Source: Ruminococcus sp.
GTDB taxonomy: Bacteria > Bacillota > Clostridia > Oscillospirales > Ruminococcaceae
Reading direction: 5' to 3'
Length of the DNA: 54,270 bases
NCBI GenBank assembly: GCA_017649325.1
Contig: JAGCHA010000116.1
Coordinates: forward strand, 1-54,270
Numbering within the stretch: position 1 is the first letter of the stretch; the number at the start of each line of letters is the position of its first letter. A program made the position numbers and the translations under genes. Under the pieces are notes generated by a model, which saw only the letters and a program-made list of their open reading frames with translations, made no database searches and was not told the origin of the DNA. This document shows positions 1-8,938 of this stretch, piece by piece.

Positions 1-1767
1 ATTCAGATACTCGGTGACGCTCCTCTTGAAGCCCTCGCAGTATTTCTCCGCACGGCTCTTCGAGGTCAGCACCGCTGTGCAGAACTCGTCTCCGCCGAAG
101 CGCGCGCATATCTCTCCGCGCACGGCACTGCTGAGCAGTGCATGTCCGAGCGTTATTATGGCGTTATCGCCCTCGTTGTGTCCGAAATTGTCGTTGATGC
201 GCTTCAGCCCGTCGAGGTCGGCGAAGATGAGCGCGATCTGCTTTTCCTCGGAGCCGCTGTTTGTCTTCAGCAGCTTTTCCGTCTCGGCGTAGAAGCCGCG
301 GCGGTTGTACAGACCCGTCATGAAGTCGTGGAGCGACGATATGCGAAGCTCTTCATTCGCAGCTATAAGTCGGGCGTTGATGTACTGTATATGCATCTTT
401 CCGTGGAACGTTCCGAACGATGAGTTCATCGCGTTCATCAGAGTATGAACCTTTTCGTATTCGTCAAACTCGATGCGCGGCTGGAATGCACAGTATCCCA
501 GCACCATGCCAAGATAGTGCAGACAGCACAGTATTATCGGCTCGGGACGCCGTGTTATCGTCTGGTAATCGGGCAGAAGCTCGCTCAGCTTTACCCTGCA
601 CGGCGGTTGTTCTACCCAGTGGTAGCGCTGGCAGAGCACTTCCATTTCCTCCGTGAACGGATACTCGCTGTTGTGGTGCTCGCCGAAATCGGGCGGCTCG
701 AGGACGTCCGTATTCAGCACGAAAACACACGTGCTGAACTGGAATTTGTCTATGAGGATGTGCGGAAGTACCTTGATGTCGTTCGCTTTCGATACAGTGG
801 ACTGTATGTCGCACATCAGCGTCTGCCTGTACGCCGACTGCTTGAAGCGCTCAAGGACAGCCCGCATAGAGTCGTTTACATTGTGTTTGTCCATTTTCAG
901 GCAGCCGCACGACTGCGACAGCTTGATATGGAAGTCGACAGTTCCGCCGCTGCACTTCTCGCCCCTGCCGAGGCGCATGACCGTGTCTATGAGGCGTCTG
1001 CCCATCTCATCGTAGTTCTGGCGGCAGGTCGTCAGGTGCGGGAGGTGGTACTCAGCCTGCATAGTGCCGTCAAAGCCTGTGATTATGCAGTCTTCAGGTA
1101 CGCTGAAGCCGAGGCGCTGTATATAGTTGCTCGCCACGACTGCCATTGAGTCGTTGGCACATATTATCGCATCGGGAATATCGCGGTGCTCAGTCACGAA
1201 CCAGCGGTTGAGCAGGTCAGTGGTGGGACCCTCCCAGAAATTGCCGTAGCCGACGTTATCCTCCTCGAATTCGATTCCGTTCGACTCGAGAGCCCGCCTG
1301 TAGGCGGCTATCCTCTCATCGGAAAATTCGTTATTCTTCAAGCCCGCTATCATATAGAGCTTGCGGGCACCGTGAGTCTCGATGACATGGCGGCAGATGC
1401 GCTCGAAGGTATCCGCATATGTGAACGCCAAATTTATACAGCCGGGGATATCCTTGTCAATGGAGATGATAGGCACGCTGTTCGCCTGAGCGGAATCTAC
1501 GATATTCTTTACGACGGTCTTGTCATAGATGAAATTCGACATTATGACAAGCGCTGAAAGCTTCTCGTAGGGGATGAGCTTGTAGATTGCCCCCTCGCCC
1601 TTATAGTTGGAGTTGGTGTCCTCGTAAAGGTCGGTACAGGCGTTGAATATAAGGAGTCTGTAGCCGCTCGAAACGGCGTACTTGTTCAGTGCCTTTATAA
1701 AATTGAAGCGGTCCTCGTCCTGTATGGTGGAGAGGCATACGCCGATGAGCTTGGGACAGCGTTCCAC
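1..1767 (-). CDS. Diguanylate cyclase with N-terminal LacI/periplasmic-binding-protein-like sensor domain (3' end runs off the window)
   Basis: Absent from the ORF track (no stop in window). Segments translated by hand from GTG at 1767: MERCPKLIGVCLSTIQ..., VPIISID, AIICANDSMA, VPEDCIITGFDG (LacI-type sugar-binding motifs), then HDFMTGLYNRRGF, DLDGLKRINDNFGHSEGD and ARFGGDEF (GGDEF at 82-96, same frame). Confidence 0.9.
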   Translation of the reverse strand, partial: MERCPKLIGVCLSTIQDEDRFNFIKALNKYAVSSGYRLLIFNACTDLYEDTNSNYKGEGAIYKLIPYEKLSALVIMSNFIYDKTVVKNIVDSAQANSVPIISIDKDIPGCINLAFTYADTFERICRHVIETHGARKLYMIAGLKNNEFSDERIAAYRRALESNGIEFEEDNVGYGNFWEGPTTDLLNRWFVTEHRDIPDAIICANDSMAVVASNYIQRLGFSVPEDCIITGFDGTMQAEYHLPHLTTCRQNYDEMGRRLIDTVMRLGRGEKCSGGTVDFHIKLSQSCGCLKMDKHNVNDSMRAVLERFKQSAYRQTLMCDIQSTVSKANDIKVLPHILIDKFQFSTCVFVLNTDVLEPPDFGEHHNSEYPFTEEMEVLCQRYHWVEQPPCRVKLSELLPDYQTITRRPEPIILCCLHYLGMVLGYCAFQPRIEFDEYEKVHTLMNAMNSSFGTFHGKMHIQYINARLIAANEELRISSLHDFMTGLYNRRGFYAETEKLLKTNSGSEEKQIALIFADLDGLKRINDNFGHNEGDNAIITLGHALLSSAVRGEICARFGGDEFCTAVLTSKSRAEKYCEGFKRSVTEYLN

Positions 1768-1813
1768 GGAATTCACCTGCCTTCTTATGTATAATAAGAT
1801 TACATATATATTG

Positions 1814-1842
1814 ATTATACCATATCTCCGTGAATAAATCAA
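1814..1842 (-). promoter_or_regulatory. sigmaA-type promoter for the GGDEF gene
   Basis: TTGATT-17 nt-TATAAT with an extended TG on the minus strand. Confidence 0.65.
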
Positions 1843-1982
1843 GTTTTTTTGCCGCCTGTGCTGTGAATTGGGCAGTCAGTCGAACCTTTTTTGCGGTCAC
1901 CTCGGAACAGGTAACTTTTTCCTGTGATTACCTGTACTGAAAATGCCAATAATACTATCAAAACCTGCATAGGAGATATATT

Positions 1983-2756
1983 ATGGCATTCAATAAAGTT
2001 GTGATCTCGGGGATAAATACGTCCGAGCTCACCGTGCTGAAGGAATCCGAAAAAATGGAGCTTCTGCGCGAGATACGTCAAACGGGCAGCAAAGAGGCAA
2101 AGGATAAGCTCGTCAAGGGGAACCTACGCCTCGTTCTCAGCGTGATACAGCGCTTCACGGGGAGAGGAGAGGACGTCGATGACCTTTTCCAGATAGGCGT
2201 TATAGGGCTCATAAAGGCTATAAACAACTTCGACCTTACAAAAGAAGTACGCTTCTCGACATACTGCGTGCCGATGATAACGGGCGAGCTCCGCCGACAT
2301 CTGCGCGATTGCAGCCAGATAAAGGTCAGCCGCTCGCTGCGCGACCTCGCCTACAAGGCGATACAGGCTAAGGAACGGCTCATGCTGAAAAATCAGTGCG
2401 AACCCACTATAGAGCAGATAGCTCAGGAGATAGGCGAAAAACGCTCGGACGTCGTCATCGCCCTCGAGAGCATCAGCGACCCTATCTCACTCTATGAGCC
2501 CGTGTTCTCCGACTCCGACGATACCATGTACATCATGGACCAGATAGGCGACAAAAACGACGTCGAGAGCTGGATGGACGAGCTCTCCATCCGCGACGCC
2601 ATCAAACAGCTCGGCGAGCGCGAGCGGCATATCCTCTTCCTCCGCTTCCTCAAAGGCAGGACACAGGTGGAGGTCGCCAACGAGATAGGTATCTCGCAGG
2701 CACAGGTCTCACGTCTCGAAAAAGGTGCGATCAGCCGTATCAAGAACAGCGTTTGA
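1983..2756 (+). CDS. sigG: RNA polymerase sporulation sigma factor SigG
   Basis: N-terminal NKVVISGINTSEL typical of SigG; NLRLVLSVIQRF, DDLFQIGVIGLIKAINNFD, RFSTY, and region-4 GRTQVEVANEIGISQAQVSRLEK; GGAGA RBS. Confidence 0.88.
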   Translation: MAFNKVVISGINTSELTVLKESEKMELLREIRQTGSKEAKDKLVKGNLRLVLSVIQRFTGRGEDVDDLFQIGVIGLIKAINNFDLTKEVRFSTYCVPMITGELRRHLRDCSQIKVSRSLRDLAYKAIQAKERLMLKNQCEPTIEQIAQEIGEKRSDVVIALESISDPISLYEPVFSDSDDTMYIMDQIGDKNDVESWMDELSIRDAIKQLGERERHILFLRFLKGRTQVEVANEIGISQAQVSRLEKGAISRIKNSV

Positions 2757-2775
2757 TAAGAGCTCAGCCTGTATT

Positions 2776-2793
2776 GGCGGATATCATCCGCCC
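2776..2793. repeat. REP-like palindrome GGCGGATATCATCCGCCC
   Basis: The identical 18-mer occurs inverted at 42451-42468. Confidence 0.6.
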
Positions 2794-2808
2794 TTTCCCG
2801 ACAAAATG

Positions 2809-2829
2809 GCCCCCGACCGAGTCGGGGGT
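2809..2829. terminator. Hairpin between convergent sigG and GH105 genes
   Basis: GCCCCCGAC-CGA-GTCGGGGGT. Confidence 0.55.
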
Positions 2830-2868
2830 CTCTTATTCTCTGAAGCCGCGAAAAATCGGGACAAAAGC

Positions 2869-3975
2869 TCACAGCTCAGCCGCTGCCATAAGGAAGGGCG
2901 CGATACCCTTTGCATCGTTCTCGACGACACGCTCGCTGAGGTAATACTCTGCCGAGCCGTCGCGTTTCTCGGTGCCGCCGAGCCCGCCCATGAGGCAGAT
3001 ATTCCGCAGCACAGGCACATCGCCGTCGTAGGAGACGAACCGCTCCGTGACTGTCCCGAGCGCGCGTCTGCCGTCAGCCGCAGTATCAGCGGAGACGGCA
3101 CCGAGCCTGTAAGCCTTCATCGCCGCGTACGCAAACAGCAGCGTGCCGCTTGTCTCGGGATAATTCCCGCCGAGCTCGGGCAGCGTGGGGAGCTGCAAGA
3201 GCATACCGTCCGCAGTCACGCACGCCCTCAGCGCGTCCAGCAGCTCCGCGAGCATCTCAGCGCATTCGGAGTCCCCTGTTATCTCGCAGATATCAGCAAG
3301 GCCCGCACAGAGCCAGCCGTTCGCGCGGAGCCAGATATTCGGGGACAAGCCTGTTTCGGGGTCAGCCCAGCAGGTATCGCGCGCCTCGCAGTATCCGTGG
3401 TAGTAGAGCCCCGTACTGTCGTCCCGCATAAGGGAGCGGATATTGCGAAGCTGCGCGAGGACGTCCTCGGTGCAGGACTCCTCTCCCTTCGCCTTCCCGT
3501 AAGCAGCAAGGAACGGCAGCGCCATATACGCGCCGTCGAGCCATATCTGACGGGGATATATCGCCTTGTGCCAGAAGCTCCCGCACCGGAGCCTCGGCTG
3601 CTGAGCGAGCTGTTCCCGCAGGAGCTCCGCCGCCGTGAAATAGCGCTTATCGCCTGTTTTAGCGTATAGCGCGAGGAGGTTCCGCCCACCGCAAATACTG
3701 TCGAGGTTGAAGTCCGAGCGCTCAACGGTAGGAATATCGCCTTCGGGCGTGACATAGCTGCTGACGAAGCGCACAGCATAGTCCCACAGCTCGGGACGCT
3801 CGTCCGCGAACATCAGCATAGCACGGATAATGCAGCTGTCCATATAGTTCCAGCGCGGCTCCTTGCGGAAGATGAAGTTCTCCCTGTTCCACTTGGGACA
3901 AAGCGGGTCGGAGGCAAGAATGAGCCTGTCAATATAATCGCGGGCGATCTGCCCTGTCTTGGTAATGTCTGTCAT
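2869..3975 (-). CDS. Glycoside hydrolase family 105 (unsaturated rhamnogalacturonyl hydrolase, YteR/YesR-like)
   Basis: WNYMD, FNLDSI, GSFWHKAIYPRQIWLDGAYM, GLYYHG, WLRANGW, ETSGT, RDGSAEYY, NDAKG motifs. Confidence 0.9.
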   Translation of the reverse strand: MTDITKTGQIARDYIDRLILASDPLCPKWNRENFIFRKEPRWNYMDSCIIRAMLMFADERPELWDYAVRFVSSYVTPEGDIPTVERSDFNLDSICGGRNLLALYAKTGDKRYFTAAELLREQLAQQPRLRCGSFWHKAIYPRQIWLDGAYMALPFLAAYGKAKGEESCTEDVLAQLRNIRSLMRDDSTGLYYHGYCEARDTCWADPETGLSPNIWLRANGWLCAGLADICEITGDSECAEMLAELLDALRACVTADGMLLQLPTLPELGGNYPETSGTLLFAYAAMKAYRLGAVSADTAADGRRALGTVTERFVSYDGDVPVLRNICLMGGLGGTEKRDGSAEYYLSERVVENDAKGIAPFLMAAAEL

Positions 3976-4799
3976 CCCGACAAGCCTCCTTCGGTTATCC
4001 CGCCGATAAATCTTTTCTGAGCGGCAGCGAATACCACCGCCGAGGGAATGAGTCCGATAACGGACATAGCAATTATCTTCCTCAGCTCGTAGCCGTCACC
4101 CGTGCTGTCCGCTGAGAGCCGCAGTATAAGCGAGAGCGGGTACTTCTCCACTGAGCTTATCATAATGAGCGGCGTGAGGAAGTCGTTCATCGTCCAGAGG
4201 AAGGTAAACACGGTTATCGACACGATAACGGGTCGAATGCACGGCACGAGGATATATACGAGCAGCCGCAGGCTTCCGCAGCCGTCGATACGTGCAGCCT
4301 CATCGAATTCGCGGGGAACGCCGCGGAAGAACTGCACGAGCATGAACACGAACGCCCCCTCAGCCGCAAAGAGCGCGGGCAGGGTCAGCGGGACGTAGGT
4401 ATCGTGCAGACCGAGCCTGCTCCACAGCATATAGAGCGGCGTCACGGTAACTATGGCAGGCATGAACATCGAGCCCATGAGGAGAGCGAAGAACAGCCTT
4501 TTCAGCGGGAAATCGAACCGTGCGAACCCGTAAGCCACCAGCACTGACGACACCACCGCGAACACAGTCTTCGGCACGATGATGAGGAAGGTGTTGAGGA
4601 AGTAATGCCCCATAGTATACGGAGTTACCGTCCTCCACGCGCGTACGTAAACAGAGAGGTCGATGCTGCTCGGGACGAACCACGCCGACGAGAATATCTC
4701 CTCGTTTGACTTGAAGCTCGCTCCTACGAGCCACAGCAGCGGATATATCATCACAACTGCGGCGGCGGTCAGAAGGATATAGAGCGGGAGCTTTTTCAT
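3972..4799 (-). CDS. Carbohydrate ABC transporter permease
   Basis: EAA loop EAARIDG; AYGFARFDFP. The likely start is MKKLPLY at 4799 (ATGA overlap with the upstream gene, GGAGG RBS), not 4877. Confidence 0.9.
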   Translation of the reverse strand: MKKLPLYILLTAAAVVMIYPLLWLVGASFKSNEEIFSSAWFVPSSIDLSVYVRAWRTVTPYTMGHYFLNTFLIIVPKTVFAVVSSVLVAYGFARFDFPLKRLFFALLMGSMFMPAIVTVTPLYMLWSRLGLHDTYVPLTLPALFAAEGAFVFMLVQFFRGVPREFDEAARIDGCGSLRLLVYILVPCIRPVIVSITVFTFLWTMNDFLTPLIMISSVEKYPLSLILRLSADSTGDGYELRKIIAMSVIGLIPSAVVFAAAQKRFIGGITEGGLSG

Positions 4800-5689
4800 G
4801 TGTCCTCCCCCCTTCTTCTGCGCGTGACCGCGAACAGCACGAGCACAATCGCCGTCACAAGCACAAAAAACGCCCATGATACGGCATTTGCGTAGCCCAC
4901 GTTATGGAAGCGGAACATCTCGTCGTAGATGAGCATACCTATCGTGTAGGTAGACTTCATCGGACCGCCGCCCGTTATCATGTACGGAGCGCTGAACTCC
5001 TGCATAGCGGCAATGGTCTGCAGTACGAGGTTGAGGAACATCACGCGCCCGAGCAGAGGCAGAGTTATACGGAAAAACGCGCGTATACGCCCGCAGCCGT
5101 CGACCTTTGCGGCGTCGTAGTATTCCGCGGGGATATCCCGCAGTGCGTTGAGAAAGAGTATCATCGCCGAGCCGAACTCCCACAGCCGCAGGAGCACTAT
5201 TATCGCCATAGCTGAGCCGCTGCTGCCGTACCAGCCTATCGCGGGCAGACCGACGCTCTCCATTATCTGGTCGGCGAGCCCGCCCGAGGTGAACAGGAAC
5301 TGCCACATTATCACTATCGCAAGGTTCGAACCGAGTATAGACGGCACGTAGAAGATCGTGCGATACACGCCCATGCCCTTTATCTCCGCGTTCAGCAGCA
5401 CAGCCGCGAGCAGCGATACCGCGAGCTTGAGCGGCACGAGTACGAGCGTATATTTCAGAGTAGTCCACACAGCACCGCGGAACTCGCTCCCCGCGAGCAT
5501 ATCCGCGAAGTTGTCCGCGCCGATGAACCCGGGGCTGTGTACGCCGTCGTAATCGGTGAGCCCGAGCACGAACGACGCCGCGAACGGGTACAGGGTAAAC
5601 GCCGAAAAGCCGATAATGAACGGCATTATCAGCAGCAGACCCGTATATTTCCCGACACCCACGGGATTGCGATAGCTTCGTTTCTTCAT
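4796..5689 (-). CDS. Carbohydrate ABC transporter permease
   Basis: EYYDAAKVDG EAA loop; YRTIFYVPS; FFRITLPLL; multiple TM helices. Confidence 0.9.
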   Translation of the reverse strand: MKKRSYRNPVGVGKYTGLLLIMPFIIGFSAFTLYPFAASFVLGLTDYDGVHSPGFIGADNFADMLAGSEFRGAVWTTLKYTLVLVPLKLAVSLLAAVLLNAEIKGMGVYRTIFYVPSILGSNLAIVIMWQFLFTSGGLADQIMESVGLPAIGWYGSSGSAMAIIVLLRLWEFGSAMILFLNALRDIPAEYYDAAKVDGCGRIRAFFRITLPLLGRVMFLNLVLQTIAAMQEFSAPYMITGGGPMKSTYTIGMLIYDEMFRFHNVGYANAVSWAFFVLVTAIVLVLFAVTRRRRGEDT

Positions 5690-6996
5690 TTTCTGACCTT
5701 TCTCAGGTATTCCTCCGCAGAGGTGTACAGCTCCTTAGCCGCCTGTGCGGTGTCAGCCTTGCCGTAAGAGACTTTTTCTATGGCGGAATTGCACAGTTCC
5801 TTCACCGCAGGAAGCTCCATATACGGGCTTATCGTCACGGTGTCGAGCTCCTCGAGCAGCTCATCGCTGTCGTTTGCGAGACCTCCGAGCAGCCCTCCCG
5901 TCTCGAGAGCTTTCTCCGCCCGCTGTGAGGCAGGTATACCGCGGGTAGTCCCGAGCAGAGCCGCGCATTCGGGGTCGCTTAGCATAAAGTCCATGAACGC
6001 CGCCGCCTCGTCGGGGTATTCGGTGTCCTTGGATATCGCGTACAGCACCGACGGCTTTATCATCCAGCCGCCCGACTCCCCGTTGTCGCAGCGCAGGAAA
6101 GCTCCCGCCGTAAGAGTCCCTTCTGGCAGCACCATATCGTACTTGCCGACGGAACTTCCCCATTCAAGCACTCCGCCGACCCTCCCGTCTATGAACGACG
6201 GCGACTGATACAGCGCGGCATTGCCGTCCTCGTTGGCACGCTCCCTGACAGTGCGCGTAACACCGCAGTCCTCGAGCTCCCTGTAGAAGTCGAGAGCCGC
6301 ACGGACGTCGTCCTCCGTGAAGCCGAGTTCGCCGTCCATAGTCACGAACTGCCTGCCCGTCTGCTGCTGAACGTACACGACCGCGAGATACCACGCCGTA
6401 CTCCCCGACTGGATATCGAGGTCGAGGGGACAGCAGCCCTGTGCGCTCATTTTTTCGCCCGCCGCGAGCAGTTCCGACCACGTCTCCGGGTAGGAAACTC
6501 CGCATTTTCGGAAAGTCTCGGAGTTGTAGAAGAGACCGCGCCCGCTGACCGAGACCGTTACTGCGTTGAGCTTGCCGTTCATTCGCCCGAATGAGAGCAC
6601 CTCGTCGTCAAATACGGAAAGGTCGAGCCTGTCCGCGAGCAGACCGAGGTCGTAGAAGCCGTCGCCCTCGGGCGAAAGCGACACGAGCCAGTCGTAGTTG
6701 ACCTGCATAACATCGGGAGCAGTGCCGCCGCTTATCTGCGAGCTGACCTTTTCCGTCCAGCCGTCCCAGCCGCCGTATTCGGGGATTATCGTGATATCGG
6801 GGTGTTTCTGCTCCCACAGCTTTAATGCCGCGAGAGTGGCTTCGTGACGGTCGTCGCCGCCCCACCAGGAGAAGCGCAGCGAGCACTTGTCGAGCTTGCC
6901 GTCGGGAGGCGTAAACTTCGCGGTTTTTCCGCTTCCACACGCCGAGAGAGCTGTTATGCAGCCTATTGCTGCAAGGTATACAAAAAGCTTTTTCAT
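5686..6996 (-). CDS. ABC transporter substrate-binding lipoprotein (oligogalacturonide/rhamnogalacturonan, TogB/YesO-like)
   Basis: Lipobox LSAC; LRFSWWGGDDRHEAT and APDVMQVNYDW resemble TogB/YesO; operon with permeases and GH105. Confidence 0.85.
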   Translation of the reverse strand: MKKLFVYLAAIGCITALSACGSGKTAKFTPPDGKLDKCSLRFSWWGGDDRHEATLAALKLWEQKHPDITIIPEYGGWDGWTEKVSSQISGGTAPDVMQVNYDWLVSLSPEGDGFYDLGLLADRLDLSVFDDEVLSFGRMNGKLNAVTVSVSGRGLFYNSETFRKCGVSYPETWSELLAAGEKMSAQGCCPLDLDIQSGSTAWYLAVVYVQQQTGRQFVTMDGELGFTEDDVRAALDFYRELEDCGVTRTVRERANEDGNAALYQSPSFIDGRVGGVLEWGSSVGKYDMVLPEGTLTAGAFLRCDNGESGGWMIKPSVLYAISKDTEYPDEAAAFMDFMLSDPECAALLGTTRGIPASQRAEKALETGGLLGGLANDSDELLEELDTVTISPYMELPAVKELCNSAIEKVSYGKADTAQAAKELYTSAEEYLRKVRK

Positions 6997-7028
6997 AGTC
7001 CAGCTCCTAAGAATATAATGATATACAT

Positions 7029-7057
7029 ATTATACAATATTTTCTAAAAATAATCAA
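7029..7057 (-). promoter_or_regulatory. sigmaA-type promoter of the ABC/GH105 operon
   Basis: TTGATT-17 nt-TATAAT on the minus strand. Confidence 0.6.
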
Positions 7058-7160
7058 GTGTTTTTGCAACTCTGTGTCGTGAGACACTTCCGGAGGATAG
7101 AAGGAACCAAAATTGAATATTAGTTAAAAATATTTATTTATGTTCAAGTCGAAGAACAGT

Positions 7161-7176
7161 TGTTCCACGTGAAACA
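7161..7176. promoter_or_regulatory. parS site (ParB/Spo0J binding)
   Basis: TGTTCCACGTGAAACA matches the Firmicutes parS consensus TGTTNCACGTGAAACA at all positions; intergenic. Confidence 0.85.
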
Positions 7177-7270
7177 ATGAAAAAAACAGTGTTTTTTGTA
7201 GTGAAAATGCGGTTTTAATTTGGAAGCGCACCAAGTTTGATTAACACATTTATCTTTATATCCTGACCAC

Positions 7271-7336
7271 AGCCGAGTAAGGGGCGGCATATGCGGTAAG
7301 GTCTCCCTCCTCGGGAACTGTACCGTGCATTTGGCT
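7271..7336. ncRNA. Candidate structured RNA/DNA element of unknown family
   Basis: GC-rich island in an AT-rich intergenic region with nested pairings AGCCGAGT/ATTTGGCT, TGCGGTA/TACCGTG, TCCC/GGGA. No family recognised. Confidence 0.3.
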
Positions 7337-7544
7337 AAAAGACTAAACAAAGTGTCGAATCGTCACCGCGCGGCTTGCTATTGCTCCTAAAATATGTTAT
7401 AATTATTGTATCCGATTTTTGTTCGGGCAGCGCCAATTTTGATTTGGCCGCCAAAAGCGTCTTCATAAGCCTATATATAGCCATTTTAAGCTATCAGACA
7501 TTTTTATCCGTTGACTCATCCATTTTTGCGAACGAGGTAAAGCT

Positions 7545-8918
7545 ATGGATACTAACGCAAAAAGTATAAAAATAAGCAAGCGCAATATCTTTGTGACCCT
7601 TGCTCTTATCCTGATGACAAATCTGCTGCTCAGTACAGCTCTTTCTGTCATGGCCAAACGCGCTATCCGCGAGCAGATGAACGAGCGTATGCTCGATATC
7701 GCCAATACTGCCGCCTATATGCTAGACGGCGACGTCCTCGAAAGCCTGACCGCTGATGATGAGGGAACAGAGGACTTTAACAAGATTTACGGAACTCTGA
7801 AAGTATTCCAGAACAATATCCGGCTCGACTACATATACTCTATCAGGGATATGGGCGACGGTACGTTCACATTTATCATTGACCCCGATGAAGAACCTGC
7901 GGAATTCGGCTCGCTCATCGAGACGACCGAGGCGCTCGTAAAGGCGTCACAGGGCACTCCGAGCGTAGATACGAAAGCTTATTCGGACGAGTGGGGCACA
8001 TTCTATTCCGCATATAGTCCTGTATACGATTCAAAGGGAAATATCGCGGGCATCGTTGGCGTTGACTTCGGTGCCGAATGGTATGACAGCACGCTGAACT
8101 CAAACAGGCTCATTGCAGTTATCATCACTGCGGCTGCTCTTGCAGCAGGTATACTTATATCGTTTTTCATGATTCGGCAGAATAAAAAGCAGCTCGCAGG
8201 TACGGTGAAGACTATCGAAGAGCTTGACGACGCCGCACAGCGCATCGGCGAGACTATCATACGTAATTCCGTGAAGAAGCGTAGTCTGCATTCCGAAAGC
8301 GGAAATGCGGCGCTGAAGGCTATCGCCGAGGGCGACAATGAAGTCAAGCCGCCGACCAACGAATACGAGGCTCTCACTTCAAGCCTCACCTCTGTGTACG
8401 GCAAGCTCAAAAACTACCTCGACTACATCAACGCCGAGGTCTATACCGATATCGTTACCGATGCGGGCAACAAAGCCGCCTATACCATCCACATAGAGAA
8501 GCTCGCGGAGGATATAAAGGCGGGTACTGCCTGCTTCTCCGTCGCTTTCTTCGATATCAACGGACTGAAAAAGATATACACCGCCTACGGCTATGAGGCG
8601 GGCGATGCTCTGCTGTTCGAGTGTTCGAGGATAATAAAGAAGATCTTCGACAGACACCCCGTCTACCACATAACGGGCGACGAGTTCATCGTCATCACCG
8701 ACGGTAATTCCATGCTCGATATGGAAATACTCCTCGCTAAGTTCGACAACGAGATCAAACGCTATAACGCCGAACAGGACGACGAACACAAGCTGTCTGT
8801 CGCAAAGGGTGCTTCCGTATTCAATCCCAAGAAGTCGGCAAGCTACCGCGAGGTCTTCATCGAGGCCAAGGAGAGATGCGACGAGGACAAGGCTGAATAC
8901 TACCGAGACCGTAAATAA
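7545..8918 (+). CDS. Membrane sensor protein with extracellular Cache-like domain and degenerate GGDEF domain
   Basis: Two TM helices flank YSDEWGTFYSAYSPVYDSKGNIAGIVGVD; C-terminal FFDINGLK...HITGDEFIV...LSVAKG. Confidence 0.85.
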   Translation: MDTNAKSIKISKRNIFVTLALILMTNLLLSTALSVMAKRAIREQMNERMLDIANTAAYMLDGDVLESLTADDEGTEDFNKIYGTLKVFQNNIRLDYIYSIRDMGDGTFTFIIDPDEEPAEFGSLIETTEALVKASQGTPSVDTKAYSDEWGTFYSAYSPVYDSKGNIAGIVGVDFGAEWYDSTLNSNRLIAVIITAAALAAGILISFFMIRQNKKQLAGTVKTIEELDDAAQRIGETIIRNSVKKRSLHSESGNAALKAIAEGDNEVKPPTNEYEALTSSLTSVYGKLKNYLDYINAEVYTDIVTDAGNKAAYTIHIEKLAEDIKAGTACFSVAFFDINGLKKIYTAYGYEAGDALLFECSRIIKKIFDRHPVYHITGDEFIVITDGNSMLDMEILLAKFDNEIKRYNAEQDDEHKLSVAKGASVFNPKKSASYREVFIEAKERCDEDKAEYYRDRK

Positions 8919-8938
8919 TATTTATAAGGAGCTACATA

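Noticed and set aside
14-1557. Plus-strand ORFs 14-292, 142-423, 445-1149, 653-1015, 1186-1557
   Set aside because: Antisense shadows of the minus-strand LacI-GGDEF gene; no motifs.
2869-6996. ABC operon lacking an ATPase gene
   Set aside because: Normal for Firmicute carbohydrate importers that share an MsmX-type ATPase.
7400-7545. c-di-GMP riboswitch upstream of the GGDEF gene
   Set aside because: The GEMM-I core (GGCAAAC...GAAA...GACGCAAA) and the class II core were not found.
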